A stretch of DNA of 64,000 nt, taken from assembly GCF_000981445.1 (NCBI RefSeq), contig NC_027218.1, positions 1,736,001 to 1,800,000 of the forward strand, in the 5' to 3' direction. This stretch comes from Babesia bigemina. Its lineage: Eukaryota. A program made the position numbers and the translations under genes. A model generated the notes under the pieces. The model searched no databases. It was not told the DNA's origin and worked only from the letters and a program-made list of their open reading frames with translations. Below, in pieces: positions 23,142 to 36,166 of this stretch; position 1 is the first letter of the stretch, and each line of letters opens with the position of its first letter.

Positions 23142-24322
23142 TAAGCTGCGCAGCGATGAAATAAATACTTTAACCTGGGACAGTATCGCCGCCTAGCTGT
23201 TCCCTACGGGCTCTCCCTAGATTCACAAGCAACCGCAAGCTACCGAATCGCCATGCGCAATATACGGGCGAGCCTCTCACCACCTAAAGGCACCATAATG
23301 ACACTTAAGATTGCGAATCTAAACCCATGGATTGCCGGTATCACTAGGCGCAGGCTCGAAATATCAGCATTAATTGAGGCGCCTTTATCGTTCTTTGTAG
23401 ATTTACATTTATATAATATCATCACAGCGATAGCATCGTTTATCATGCCCTTGTCATTGATATGAGCAGCATTTTACCATGAAAGTGATGACAAGCCCCC
23501 TTTAGATGACGAGCCTTTTTCCTCAGTAGAAGCACGATATCGTTCCTGCATTTCGCAGTTCCTATACAATCGTAAAGATGATATGTTATCACAGGTTTAC
23601 GTGTCATATTCCATTGCGGCTCCAATGAAATCGTGCTCGTTGGGTATAAGGTTGTTTAATACTCTTTCCCCGATTCTATATTGCACTCCACATCCTATCC
23701 GTCACGTTTATCCTTACACATATACGCATCATATGACACGTTTTCTCGCTTTCCTTAACACATCGCATTGATCTGCAGATTGTGCGGCCCAGTCAGGTGG
23801 CAATGCTATGCTAGCACTCCAAAAATATCAAGAGGTCTCATTGTAAATTTGCATATCGTCATCTTTGACGCGCTGTGAGAACATTGAAATTGCATGAAAC
23901 GATTTTTGTGTGCCTTTCCATGGGTGGTCCACTGTGACTACTGGCGCGGAGGTTGGCGATCACGATTGCTGGAAGCCCTTATGTCCGGTATCATATGTCT
24001 TATGCACTCCATTGGTGTGAATTAATGGCATTGCAGATAATACAGCTGGCTTGCAAACATGAGAGAGGCCATATGATACCTTCTTCACCATGGCTATGTC
24101 TTGTAAAAAAGATAAGGAATTGTGCAAGCTACTCACGAAATATATAAGAACTGGCCACATTACTTCACACGTACTTTAGCAACAAAAATACGTTGCTCAT
24201 GTGGTGACCGCAGTAATTATTTGACAACCGAATACAACGGTGGCCACTCATGAGAAATGAACTGTGAAATAATCACTGGAAAAATAGATTCAATGACCTT
24301 AGAGCTATCATTTTTCAGTTAC

Positions 24323-27196
24323 TCATTCCTCGGCGTAGTAGTTCTCAATCTGGATGGTGGATAGGACGACACCCTTGGTAGTGACGCACCGGCACTCCAA
24401 CGGCGGTGTCTTGCGAAGCGTCTCCCCGGGTCCAATGAGTTCGCTGTTGAACTTCAGTGTGACAAAGTGGTTGGAATGTGACGCTACCAAAGACTGGCTG
24501 ATGTCTCCTATGTTCATCACTTTTCCGTCCACGTAAACTTGGTTGAAGCAATCCGGTGGGTCGAGGATGTAAGGCGCTGGGCAGTAGAACGCTGCTTCAT
24601 TGGCAGCCTGAATATCAATTTTGCAACCGATTTCTTTTCCTTCTGCATCGTTGATTTTGAATGTCTCGGGCTTGAATAACATATCCCTTGAGTCAGTAAT
24701 TCCGCACCCTTGCATGTATGGGTCTGTCATCTCTACATCAATTTGAACTACGTTCCACGTGTATTCCTCTAACGGCGCTATAACCTGGGGAATAGTATCT
24801 GCATACGCACCGTCGTTGATTGGACCAAAATCTGTTTCTGATAGCTCCTTACCGCAAACGAATGTCATGGGCACGTATTCCGAGTGATCTGGATCCCTGG
24901 ATACCAAAATTGCGCCGCTATTGGATTTGATCATCAAACCACAATATTCTTCTGTATATTCTGACAGAATGATTGTAAATCCACCTCTTGTCCCAGCGAT
25001 TCGCTCTTCGTGTGGCTTTCGAATCAGCCTATGTCCATCTGCGGTGGTATCTACTTTGTAATGGTTGTATCCAGGATCATCTGGTAACCAGGTAGGTATT
25101 GCGGCGGCGTTATTCTCACCGTTGTACAGCGCATGACTCATAACACACCGCATGAAAAATTCTGTGCCCGAATGCAGTTTTATAGGTCTATGGGGCATGT
25201 TGTGTAGCACAATTGATCGCATAGGATTGGAAACGCCGTAAAATAATGCCACCTCAGTCCAGGGCAATAATGAATAAGGCATCAACCTTCGGTATGCCTC
25301 CTCACGACGTACTGTGTACATATACCCTTCACGACGGTTGGATCTTAAAATAAGTCTAGATGTCTCGTATCCATGTTCATTGACACAACTGCAAGAGTGA
25401 CTGACGGGGACATTTTGGAAGCTCATCTCGAATACCTGAAATCCTCGAATGGGATAAAGTGTGGCATTGCGAACAGATGTAGGAAATGGAGCAATCTGAT
25501 TGGAGGAAAGATCGTATCCTGTGGACTCGCAATTGTTTGGAAGCAGCTCCTCATTGTCTCCGCATCGGATGCCGGCTTGTTTCTTGCCACTCATGACACT
25601 TACCAGCCATTCAGATGTTAACCCTATACCATTCCCCATGTCTCTAATTGCAAGAGATCCAATATCATTTGCCGGATTAAACATACCTGGCCTCCATCGG
25701 TCGCAACCAATAATATCGTGGCGATAAGTAGGCGCAAATGAGACGTTCACTACAGCGCGTATCTTTTCAAGAACATATTGGTTTCTAGATATGAATGTCC
25801 AATGATATAAGAACGAGTTGCATCCTCTTCGTAAAGCCAGAGGTCTGTCTATACGGTACTTCAGCTTGACCTCTCCTCTCTCCATTTGTGAAACGTCTAC
25901 ATCGAGCACGTTGCCAGTAAATGCTTCGTGGATCAAGATTTCGTCGTAATGATCGATGGCAGAAATCGTTTGTATTTGGCGTAGCGTCAACGCCGTGTCC
26001 GGCTTGAATGCAGTTTCGTATGCGTGGGTAGACGGCAGTTGCGAGTATGGGACTCTCAAAGCATCCTCGTCAATATCGCCGTCTTCTTCGAATTCCAAGT
26101 CAGCAGCAGCCGACTTGACTGTCTGTTTTGGCAACTTTATGGTCAACGTAGCACCCGGATGTAACATCACTGAACACCAGGGGCCACTAATAGGATTGAA
26201 CCTGTTACGGGCAATCATGCTGGTTATGTCGCAAATGTATTCAGTTTTCCAACGGACCTCTATCCTTGCTTTCACCCTACCCGTTTTCGGATCTATGCAC
26301 CTACATTCGCCATTGAATGCTCGTAATGCTAAGCCATTATAATATTGCGCTATAACCCATTTTCCACGATTATTTAAATTCCTATATAAATGTGGTGTAG
26401 GAGCAGTCACAACTCCGTCCGTCTTGCCCAAGAGATACTTCATGCAATCATCAGGTTCAATACGCCCTTGACAAATGAAGCCTATGGGCAATTCTGACAT
26501 CGGATCTACCATACACGACCGTGTGCCCGTTTCGGAGTCCACGGTAACATTATCCGAAGCAAAAAGTGGTGAGGGACGGCTTCCACAGCCCTGCATAAGT
26601 TTGTGCTTGCGGCCTCTGTGCAAGAATACCACACCCAAGCTCTTCCCTGTCTTGGCTATTTCGTCAACCAATGGCACAGTTTGATCCCATATATACACTT
26701 CTCGTTCATAAATATGCCGCCGGCGAGCAAGTTGGGCTTGCAGCGCCTCACTCAATACCAAATTTCTAGGACCACAAATAAGCGCAAAACGGTTCTCGGT
26801 AATGGCATATATATGGTCATCCATTAGATCAATATGCAACTCTGTTTGCGACTCCTTTGGCACTTTCCGAACATATGGGCGTGGTGCTTCGGTGACCACT
26901 ACCTTCGAAAAAGGGACGGAACGAAACTTGCCGTCTTCAATCACGTAGGTTGTGAGAGTATTGTCATGATCAGCGGTTGGTTGGGGATGCCATACGTACT
27001 CAGTTCCGTTGACTTGGCGTGGGCATGCCAGAGTTGCCATTCCAATGTCATCCATGTTTATGTGGAATGCAACTAGGGCATTGGAAATCAATCGGTTTCC
27101 AAAATTTCTGAGCACACTTTCAAACGCGTCGATGAATCCAATAAACTGCAGAATAATAGCGCAAATTGCCAACTGGGCTCCTATAAATTTTGCCAT
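24323..27196 (-). CDS. 6-Cys (s48/45 domain) family secreted protein
   Basis: Signal peptide plus repeated s48/45-type Cys patterns (MQGCGS..SCMVD..GFICQG.IEPDDC; TDPYMQGCG..GCKIDI..FYCP..DPPDCF..LECRC). No C-terminal hydrophobic GPI signal. Confidence 0.85.
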   Translation of the reverse strand: MAKFIGAQLAICAIILQFIGFIDAFESVLRNFGNRLISNALVAFHINMDDIGMATLACPRQVNGTEYVWHPQPTADHDNTLTTYVIEDGKFRSVPFSKVVVTEAPRPYVRKVPKESQTELHIDLMDDHIYAITENRFALICGPRNLVLSEALQAQLARRRHIYEREVYIWDQTVPLVDEIAKTGKSLGVVFLHRGRKHKLMQGCGSRPSPLFASDNVTVDSETGTRSCMVDPMSELPIGFICQGRIEPDDCMKYLLGKTDGVVTAPTPHLYRNLNNRGKWVIAQYYNGLALRAFNGECRCIDPKTGRVKARIEVRWKTEYICDITSMIARNRFNPISGPWCSVMLHPGATLTIKLPKQTVKSAAADLEFEEDGDIDEDALRVPYSQLPSTHAYETAFKPDTALTLRQIQTISAIDHYDEILIHEAFTGNVLDVDVSQMERGEVKLKYRIDRPLALRRGCNSFLYHWTFISRNQYVLEKIRAVVNVSFAPTYRHDIIGCDRWRPGMFNPANDIGSLAIRDMGNGIGLTSEWLVSVMSGKKQAGIRCGDNEELLPNNCESTGYDLSSNQIAPFPTSVRNATLYPIRGFQVFEMSFQNVPVSHSCSCVNEHGYETSRLILRSNRREGYMYTVRREEAYRRLMPYSLLPWTEVALFYGVSNPMRSIVLHNMPHRPIKLHSGTEFFMRCVMSHALYNGENNAAAIPTWLPDDPGYNHYKVDTTADGHRLIRKPHEERIAGTRGGFTIILSEYTEEYCGLMIKSNSGAILVSRDPDHSEYVPMTFVCGKELSETDFGPINDGAYADTIPQVIAPLEEYTWNVVQIDVEMTDPYMQGCGITDSRDMLFKPETFKINDAEGKEIGCKIDIQAANEAAFYCPAPYILDPPDCFNQVYVDGKVMNIGDISQSLVASHSNHFVTLKFNSELIGPGETLRKTPPLECRCVTTKGVVLSTIQIENYYAEE

Positions 27197-28101
27197 GGTT
27201 ATATTTTGCGTCGGACGACAGACAAAAATAATCTTGAGTAAAAATGGCCTTCCACCAACTTACCGCGCATGAATATATGACTTAACAAATAAGTAGGGCT
27301 AGTAATTTTTTGAAGCAGTGGCAGTGAAGATCCCATCTCCCCAGCTAGCTGCCTTGTTACGGAAGAATTTTCCTTAAAAAATAAGCAAGACTAAAAATTT
27401 TGAATATTAGACAACAGTGTTCATGTTATGTCATTGATAACGTTTTTAATGCAATCTATAACACTAAAATTATTACATGAGGCATCGTTGTCTTTCCCAA
27501 CAAAATTCTCCTCTGCAAGACACCCATTATTGGCGATACATTATCATCGCACGATTATCACCATTATCCATATGGCGATATAAAGCGTATATAAGCTGGT
27601 GGAGAAGATGTAATATGAGCGTGAAAGGTGCCTATGCCTTTTAAAGTATCAGACGATTCCCATGGTTTTACCAAATGTTGTGACGTTGGAAGGACTTGTG
27701 GAGCGATATTATAATATGCATATACTATCACTTAACATTTGTGATCGCATAATTTACCACATCCAACGCGATGTTAGAGCAACAAACTCATACGTTGCGA
27801 AGAGTGACGTGAAACCACGGTAAGAGTACGACTCTGTAGCAGCCCCTCTGACCCAAATTGGATGGATGCCCACATGGATGGCACCAGTGACGATCGGCAA
27901 CAAACCGACGTGGATCCCGCAACCAGTATCGGCGTGAGGCGGCAGCCCCGCAAACACGAAAACCGGGCCTAGCCAGATAGCACACTATAAAAGGAAAACA
28001 CAAACAACCGCATAACAAGCTAATGTTAATAATGATGCTAATAATGTTTAATCGCAACAAACATTTATATATGGCAGTGACACATCTACTATTACAAACA
28101 A

Positions 28102-28495
28102 TTAATCTTTGATATCAAAAGAGTTTCCGCAAGAACAACGCTTCGAGAGGTTCCTTATGTTATCAAGCACGAACTTCGACCCTACCAGGTTGTTCTGATA
28201 GTCTATGGTACACGAATCGATTAGTTCCAAACTCGCATCGTCACTGAATACTTTCATGCAATTGTCGCTATCGTATATGCACCTGCAAATTTGGAAGGTA
28301 TACATGGGCTTAAACGCACCTTAGATCATTCGTATCATCCACTATTTTGAAGTTATACTGAAAACCTGAGCACCCTCCTCCCGTGACTGAGACGACCAGG
28401 CTCCTGTTTTCGTTGCCTCGGGTGAGGAACTTCAGACGTTGTAATGCGTTAGGCGTAACGGTGACACTTCTGAGCATCGTACACAGGCGCATCAT
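28102..28495 (-). CDS. Iron-sulfur cluster assembly protein, IscA/HesB family
   Basis: GGGCSGFQY and CSCGNSF motifs. Intron at 28283-28319. Confidence 0.92.
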
Positions 28496-28501
28496 TGCGC
28501 G

Positions 28502-29737
28502 TTAATGATGAACATCTAATGGACTTGTAGGCATAGGATACGTAAGGCTCACATGTGAAGAAATCTAGTTCCCATATAATGTTTGTCTTCTGCTCCGCTA
28601 CGGCCGGAATAGAGCGCTGTGCGCCTTTTATGGCGTTTTGGAAGATTGAATTGCCAATTTTTTTCTTATCCACCTGTTTGCTACTGCTGCAATCCGTTTT
28701 GTTGTGAATATCTTGTTGAATGCACTCATCTACACATTTTAATGCTGCGCCTTTATCATCGCGTGTAACCGACGGCCCAGTTGACGCACTTTTGGAGTGG
28801 CAAGATTGAGCTGCCCTTAAGTGGGCTCCATTAGCATCTACAGCACCGTTTCCAGATAATGTAGATGCCCGGTGTCTGGCTAAATCATTCAGTTTGATGG
28901 GCCGAGAGGTGCCAGTTGTATTAGACCGCGGTTGGTAACCTTGAGTCAGTTGAGTAGATGACACCCCGAGCGACTTATTGCAGATGTAAGCAGAATCAGG
29001 CTTAGAAGAAATGATAGATCCCTGCCGCTTGCCTTCAGACGCTGCGTGGCTCCTTTGACTCGTAGACCCTGGTGGAGTGACTGGAGGTCTTCTATTTCTC
29101 AAGGCTTGGAAGGACGCTTGCACATTCCTCACTACCGGTTTTTCAAGGTTGTTTTCGATTCTGGTGATGGCAATCAGGAACTTTGGATGGTGTTGTAGTG
29201 GCATTCGGTAACGTCTTAGCGTGATGACGGCGTGCCTGTGTCGTTGTGCAGTTGTAAAAGATGGACATACCTGGCAGAATTTTCGAGGTTGCGTTTGAAA
29301 ACATAAGCAATTTTTTTAACAAACTGGCGCCTCAAATGGACTCGCATCGATTGCCTGTGTAGGCAGAATAAAGCGAGTAGAAGGTCCTGCTTAATCTTGA
29401 ACAAAAGGATGTTACACAACGAAAAAATAGCTACATGTTGTCGACTACCTTCTGGACATTCAATTGACATCTGCTGATTGAAATTCGCAAAAGCGCATTC
29501 CGGTTGCTGTACAACGGCATCCGTTGAGTTTACAATGGCAGAGAACGAGAAGTTGTCGCCACGCAACTCGGAAAAGTTCTCTTCTTCATCGACCGATATG
29601 TTCTTCTTAAATATGTGTCCACTGGTATCCTCGGCAGCCTCGTTTGATGGCTTGTCTTGCGCTCTTGTTCGGGTACTTCTGGTCCCACCTTTTTTGGGGC
29701 AGGCAAGGACCCTGAAAAATGACTTCACTTTACCCAT
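28502..29737 (-). CDS. Hypothetical multi-exon protein with an N-terminal acylation-like motif
   Basis: Two consecutive minus-strand ORFs with short-intron signals. Starts MGKVKSFFRVLACPKK. A likely last intron at 28516-28552 ends the protein TYVHH* at 28502. Confidence 0.5.
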
Positions 29738-30334
29738 TCGTCCGACACGAGCGCCACTATGTTTGGTATGTATTCGTGGCTACTAGCGGTGCCATATGTG
29801 TGCCGTGGCACGCATTCGCGTCCTCTAAGCGGCCTAGTGTTCTTATCGGCTCATCATCAGGCACGTAACGTGACTTATTGCGTGGTAGCCATACTTGTGA
29901 ACGATATACGCGCTATTGGTGATACACATGAGCTGCGTTGCAACATTATCGTTACTGTCAGCAGGACGTATACTCCCAAACGTTTATATAACCGGAATAC
30001 ATCCACACATTCGCGTAACAGGAATTGCCTTTTGGTCTGTTGATATTATGATTCGTTAAAGGTGCAACGCCGGTTCCTCTTGCGATTTCATTTTCGGTGG
30101 CATTCGCTAGACAAAGGCTGCGCTAACATGCCGACAACCGCTCAAGACTACCCAGCACAAACACGCCAGCGGCGCCCCTTGAATATAAGTGCTGGAAGCT
30201 CATTTCGAGGGCTGCATTAAGTCCGATATAGTCGCATGTAATGTAACAACTATACCCGAGACGTTTGATCCGCGATGCCACATCGTCCATAATTACTGGG
30301 GCTGGACATATGCAACCTTTACACATTTATCAAA

Positions 30335-33300
30335 ATGCTGGGCGCGCACCGGCACGTGTTCCACCGTATAACGGCGGAAATTGACCATGCTCTCCCAGCC
30401 TATGTCCAGGCCGTGCGCGACGAGGAGTACGACGACCTCCACGGATGCGTTCGGTCCAGTTGGGAAAATGCTGACTGGTCCGACATAACCTACCGCTTCG
30501 AAAGGTTCGCGTACTACTGCTTTGACCATGGATATCTTGGGGACGTTTCCAACATCGACACGTTGGCGATGTGGGCTCGCAGGATGTGGATGCTGGCTGC
30601 GCATGATATCGATGGCGTTGACGCTTCCCTGTGGCAGGCGCTGGGCTCGCAGGAGGTCTTAGATGAGCTGTCTCACATCGTGAAATCGCAAAAAAGGCTT
30701 ACAATGAAGTTCCGCATCAGGTTGCTACGCTGTGTCTCGTATGTACTCCACTCGATTGTGCATGTGCTGCCATCAATCTGGGAGGTAGATAACCACAACT
30801 GCCGCGATGAGATGGAAAGACGATTCAACTTCATCACCATCGATGTCTTGCTGAAGTTGTTCGAGTATTACATCGCGGAGCAGCCAGTCTGCACAAGCAG
30901 CACCGTTAGGAAGTTCTGGATTTCCGCGGTCGTTCGCATTGCAGGTTGCATGCGGCGTCTTTGGGTATACCGCGACGATGTTGGCATTGACTTGGTGTAT
31001 AAAGTCATCGGCGATGTCGACAACCTGGACTTGCGTTCGAAAGAAATATTCTTCAAGTTCAGGCTGATACTGTTGATGTGCCCTAGTGTCACTTTGTACA
31101 GGTTCCTGATGGACGGCACTTTGTTCAAGTGGTGGAATTTGGTGCCTGAGGGCACCGTCAATTCGTGGAACTCCATGATGCTCCTTTTAATCGTGCGCGC
31201 CATCAAGTTCGCCTGGGCCGCTGGGAAACCCTACCTGACCGACGACATTACCACGAACTTGCCTTCCATATTCCACATCTTCAGTTCGAGCCTCTCCATT
31301 CCCAACTCGGGCAACGCAAACAGGAGCAGGGAGTCCATCCCGGGCGAGTACACGGTGCTTTTGCTACACCCATTGTACAGTAGCAAGCTTTTCGGGCAGC
31401 TGTTGGCGTACCTTGTGTGCTCCATAAATGAGCAGGGTGTTCCGGTGGTGCCTTTCGCAACGGAGATTATGGATTACTTGTCCTCGGCCGTGAGTGTGAT
31501 GTACCCCTACACCCATCCCTCAAATGGCGGCAAGTGGTCGTCTAACATTGCGAACTTTGTGAAGCACTTCGTCTTGACCTACACCGTTCGAGTGGGCCGT
31601 GAGCGTGGATCGCCCCAAATCACCGCTTCCACTGTTGGTACTGTAAACGGTGATACCAGGTACCGTCTCACACGGGCCAACGACGTGGCCGTGGTGGACC
31701 TGTTTTACTCAATGGCCCGACAGGGAATCTATTGCAAGAACCTTACCCTTGCACCGTATTACGAGGACGCAATAAAGCGGCTGTGCACTCTGCTGCCTGA
31801 CAGGACGCTAAGTGAGCTTGTAGACCACCTGATCATGTCCACCGAGACTCTCACGGAGCCTCACCGGATATTGAGCTGCATGCGAATATTCGGTCAGCTG
31901 ATGCCTACAATACTGGCCTATACTCCGATCGCACTGCTGCCGATTCTTGACGCGTGCGTTAAGGGCATTGACGCAGCGGACCTGTTCAAGACGGGCCAAG
32001 CACTGACGCTGGTGAACATCATCTTCTCCCACATGCCTTGTCGCGACCTGTCCGACATCGAGCTCACCCATCAGGCCAAGGTGGACCTGATTCGGTCGGT
32101 ATACATGCGCGTGTCAGCAGAGACAAGCGGCGACGTTGACATGACCGGGCAGGGCACGCCCGTGCAATGCACCGCCGTCGACCTGCACAACTCCGTTTTC
32201 GACGTTGCTAGCCCCTTGGTTGCCCCAAACAGTGAGGATAACTTCTTTTCGCGAGAGTTTGTCGTGCTTCGAACCACCAAAAATATGGACGAGGCAGTAG
32301 CCGCCCTAGACCATGTGCTTAGCCAGCGCAAGTGCATATCGCAGAATCTCCCGGGGTGGTGCCAGGACTGGTTCGAAGCCGTGTTACGGCTGTCGGAGAA
32401 CTCGTCACGACCTGATGCCGACAGAGAATCTATGATGAATGCAGTTGAGATGGGTACTTTTGTGCTGTTGCGCTCGGCGCTGGCCACCATCTTATCGCAA
32501 ACTGACGCCCACACTTTCGGATGCATCTGCGAGACCTTTGTGCGATGGGTCTGTGACAACGCCTTCCGCGAAAACGCGCTGAAGTACATGGTCGCCATAG
32601 CCACCGCCATCAGCCACTCCAACAGCAAAATGGCGATGGAGATGGTTTTCGACAAATTATTCGAGAGGTTCTCTCGCGAAGTAGAGAACTCATACGCAGT
32701 GTTGAGTGAAGACCAATTGGCGTGGTACATTGGCTGTTTCTCTGGGTTGGTGCGTCGTGCCAACGTTGAGCTGCTGCCGCGGCTGCCCAAACTTAGGTAC
32801 ATCCTGAAGGCAGGTCTTTCGCACGCCTCGAAAAAGGTTTTCAAAGGCGCCTCCAAGTTGTTACAACGCTGCGTCGAAAGTTTGGTCGGCGTGTACTTCA
32901 CGGACGTCAAGTGCGCCAACAACTTCAAGGATGATTTATGTCGCGGGTTGCTTCTGTGGGACGTTCCATGGTTCGCACGTGATGCCGAGTTTGTTAACGG
33001 AAGATGTGACATCACTGGCACACTTGGCGTGAAATGGCACATTGCAACAGCGCAGGAAATGGACTGCGCCGTTGATCTTTGCTGGTGTTTTGTTGATCTG
33101 ATGATGCGCCTGACGGAAGGCACCGTTGACATGGCAGTCCCTACCAAGCCCATCGGCGCCGTGCCATTGGAGATGGATATCGACCCTTCATGCACCTTGT
33201 ACGTCCGAATGAACCGTGCCTGCATGCTTGCCAAGAGATTGCTGCGTAGCCTGAGCCAGTTCAGCGTTGATGACCGCCCCGTTCGTGCCAAAGGGCTGCT

Positions 33301-36163
33301 AACGGTGACGCCCATCGACCGCCCTGAGATTACGGAAGTGCAGCAGTTCGTTTTGCAGTTTATTTTGACCGTGCTGTCCAAGTTCGGTGGCATAGAGTCG
33401 ACTAATGACCTAGTGGTCGCGAACATCTACACCAAACTTCTGAAAACGGCAGGAGAGTACATGTGCCGTTGCGTGCAACAAAACGACAGCAACTCCTTCG
33501 AAAACGTCTCCGTGGTAGCTTCAATGAAGAATGAATGCTACATAGGAACCACGGTGACGGCTGCTCGTGCGATGCTCTCTTGGACGTCATCATACCACGG
33601 CTTCCACAAGGAGGGCCACTGGCAGGATGCGCCTCGTGTTGCGTGGCTGTTGATGGTGTACGAACGTTTCCATTACCGTCTGAATCTGCGTAAGCTCGAT
33701 CACGAGTGCGTGGGGCCTCGTAAGGAGCTCTTGAACATGATATTGCAATGCGCAACATCCCAGTTCAAGGACCTGGCTCACCACGGCCGCAACATGATAA
33801 AGCCGTTAATTAACCTCCACCGACGCGTGAGGTCGCACGTTGCCCACTTTGTGTTGAATCAGGGCATTGCGGTATATCCCACATCGGCGGACGGCTCGGA
33901 TCGTGCAATTAAAACCTTGACCAACATCTCGGACAGTTTAATCCTTTCACTTTTGAAGCATATTGGATCGTCCGATATCGCGTTCGACAAGTTTTGCAGG
34001 TTCATCTGCCCTGCGGTCATGACGGTTCCGAACAAGGATTCTTTGATGGTGAAGTTCGACAACCGTTTGGTTGACGTGCTCAAAAACCGCGAAGTCATGC
34101 CCCCTACTGAAACCACCGCCGGAACGATGAACTTTATTTTGGATTCGCTCTTAGACTCCAATTCGAAGCAAGTTGCTGCTGCCAGTCACTGGCGCTTCCA
34201 GCTGTATGCGACGTCGCTTCTGGTCTGCTTCAACGACCTGATCCCCGTTGATAGCCGCGGTCGGTACATTGCGTGGCTGATGGAGGCGGTGGATCGCACC
34301 GTGAAGCAGCCTTGCGTCGTCACTGTGGCGCTGCACGGCATTTATAGGCTCCTGGGCGACCCCGCCAATCGTGGCAGCTTACCCGCGGAGTTGTTCGAGT
34401 ATAAGTTCGCGGAGACCCTGATGAGGGCCATTTGCGTGGCTAACCACGAGGACCTCACGGACGACAACACGGCCACCTTGGTGCGGGTGAACAAAATTGT
34501 GACCAGCGTGATCAAGCTGGACCGCACATGGCCCCGTAACCGCATGGCCGCCAATTCGGGCTCGTTTTCGCTGCACAACTTTTACTTGATGTACTGGTAC
34601 TTCTCTGCGATGCTGGACGCAGGTAAAGTGGACACCATAGAGCAGTGCAAGGAGGTTTTGGCCGGGCTTGCGAGCTGTCCGCCAATTATGCGTGACGACC
34701 ACTGTGCATTTGCCGAAATCACCGCCGCGTTGATGAAGGCGTCACTTCGCGCTGAAAGGTCGGTGCGTGAAAGGATTTGGGAGGTTTTGCATCCGGTGAT
34801 CAAGATAGATCTGGAGACCATCGTTCAGGATCGTATTGTGGACTTCATGGACGGCTTGCGCCTCGCTCTAGAGGATTACGACATTTACGGCGATGCGTGC
34901 ATACCCATAATCAACGTGGGAATAAACTTCCGCGCCCCTCTGAAAATGGACGCTTTGCAGGCGTGCGACCTGGCTTCTGACAACACCACGAGCCCGCGTA
35001 TCGTCAAGCAGCTCAAACTGTATCGGGCACTGCTCCAGCAGCTGACAACGAAGCACCGAGGCATATTCGAAATCCTCTGCGATGCAATATTGAAGGAGGA
35101 CGTCATTTGCAACAGCCCGCTGCAGATTGTAGAAGAGGTGGGATACCTGTGCTCGTTCATGGCGGGGCTGTGTCGCATGTACGGCGAGTTGCACGAGTTC
35201 AAGCAGAGCGTGCACTCTCACATATCGCAGTTGGTCGCCAGGGTCGACGCCAACGGCTCCGCCGAGGGCACGGATGACATGCCCATTAAGGGGTTGCTGT
35301 CGGTAATTTCCATGCTCTACTCAGCGTCCGTGCCTGTGCAGGACCTGAGCCACCCCTATACCGGCCAGTTCTTGTCGTTTTGCTTGAAGCATAGAAACCA
35401 CTCCAACACTGTGGTCGGAGACTTCGCCACTCGCGCTGTGAGCCAGATCGCGTTGTCGCCGTTCCACCACCAGAAGGACCTCTCCACTGTGGACGCCGTG
35501 GTATCCATCCTGGACAACGTTTGCAAGGCGCAGTCGTACAACACGAAGGAGTACGCCATAAATGTCGCCAAGGTTTGTTTACTGTGCTCTGTGTGGTGTC
35601 ATCTGTCTGCAGAAGCTGCAGCGCAACATGTGCATGTACCTGCGGCGCACGAATGCAGTGAAGGTGCTGCTGGAGATGTACATTTCGGCGCTGCAACACC
35701 GGCAAGCGCGCGATGCCGCGCGTGACGCGCTGACGTACATCGTGCTCTCGTCCGGCGACCATCTCTACATCGAGTTGACGGAGCGCTTCTACAGCCTAAT
35801 CAAGGAAAACCACGACGAAACGGCAAGTGCTGGCGTCTTCGGCCTGGCTGCGCTCATTGGGACGGCGCCGTATCACGTCCCCAAGTGGATGCCGTACACG
35901 CTAACCAGATTGGTGAGTTTATAGACCATAAATGTGCTGATGTGTGACAGGCCAGTTGCGGGGCTTCGCGTTTCCCAGACATCGTGAGAGTAAGTGTGTA
36001 TTCCAGCGCGCTAATGCCGCCGCAGCGTGTCGTCCAGACGACACTGCAAGACTTCTTCAAGTCTCACATGGACGCCTGGTATCAGGTCCACGTCCACAAG
36101 TTCACCCCCGAACAGCTCGATGTGCTAGAGATGTACAAGGGCTGCCCGGCGTACTTTAACTAA
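30335..36163 (+). CDS. PSME4: Proteasome activator PA200/Blm10
   Basis: YTHPSNGGKWS, GIDAADLFKT, SHWRFQL and APYHVPKWMP motifs. The last exon reads TLQDFFKSHMDAW..HKFTPEQLDVL..CPAYFN*. Short introns lie near the 3' end. Confidence 0.9.
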
Positions 36164-36166
36164 ATT

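Larger units (their letters stand above)
13616..27750. other. AT-richer accessory (variant-antigen) island inside a core region
   Basis: Visible drop in GC content and gene density. It holds only multigene-family genes or remnants, all on the minus strand, and is flanked by housekeeping genes. Confidence 0.75.

Noticed and set aside
28449..28495. Apparent 47-nt overlap between the hypothetical ORF and IscA
   Set aside because: A typical 37-nt intron (28516-28552) ends the upstream gene at 28502, which removes the overlap.
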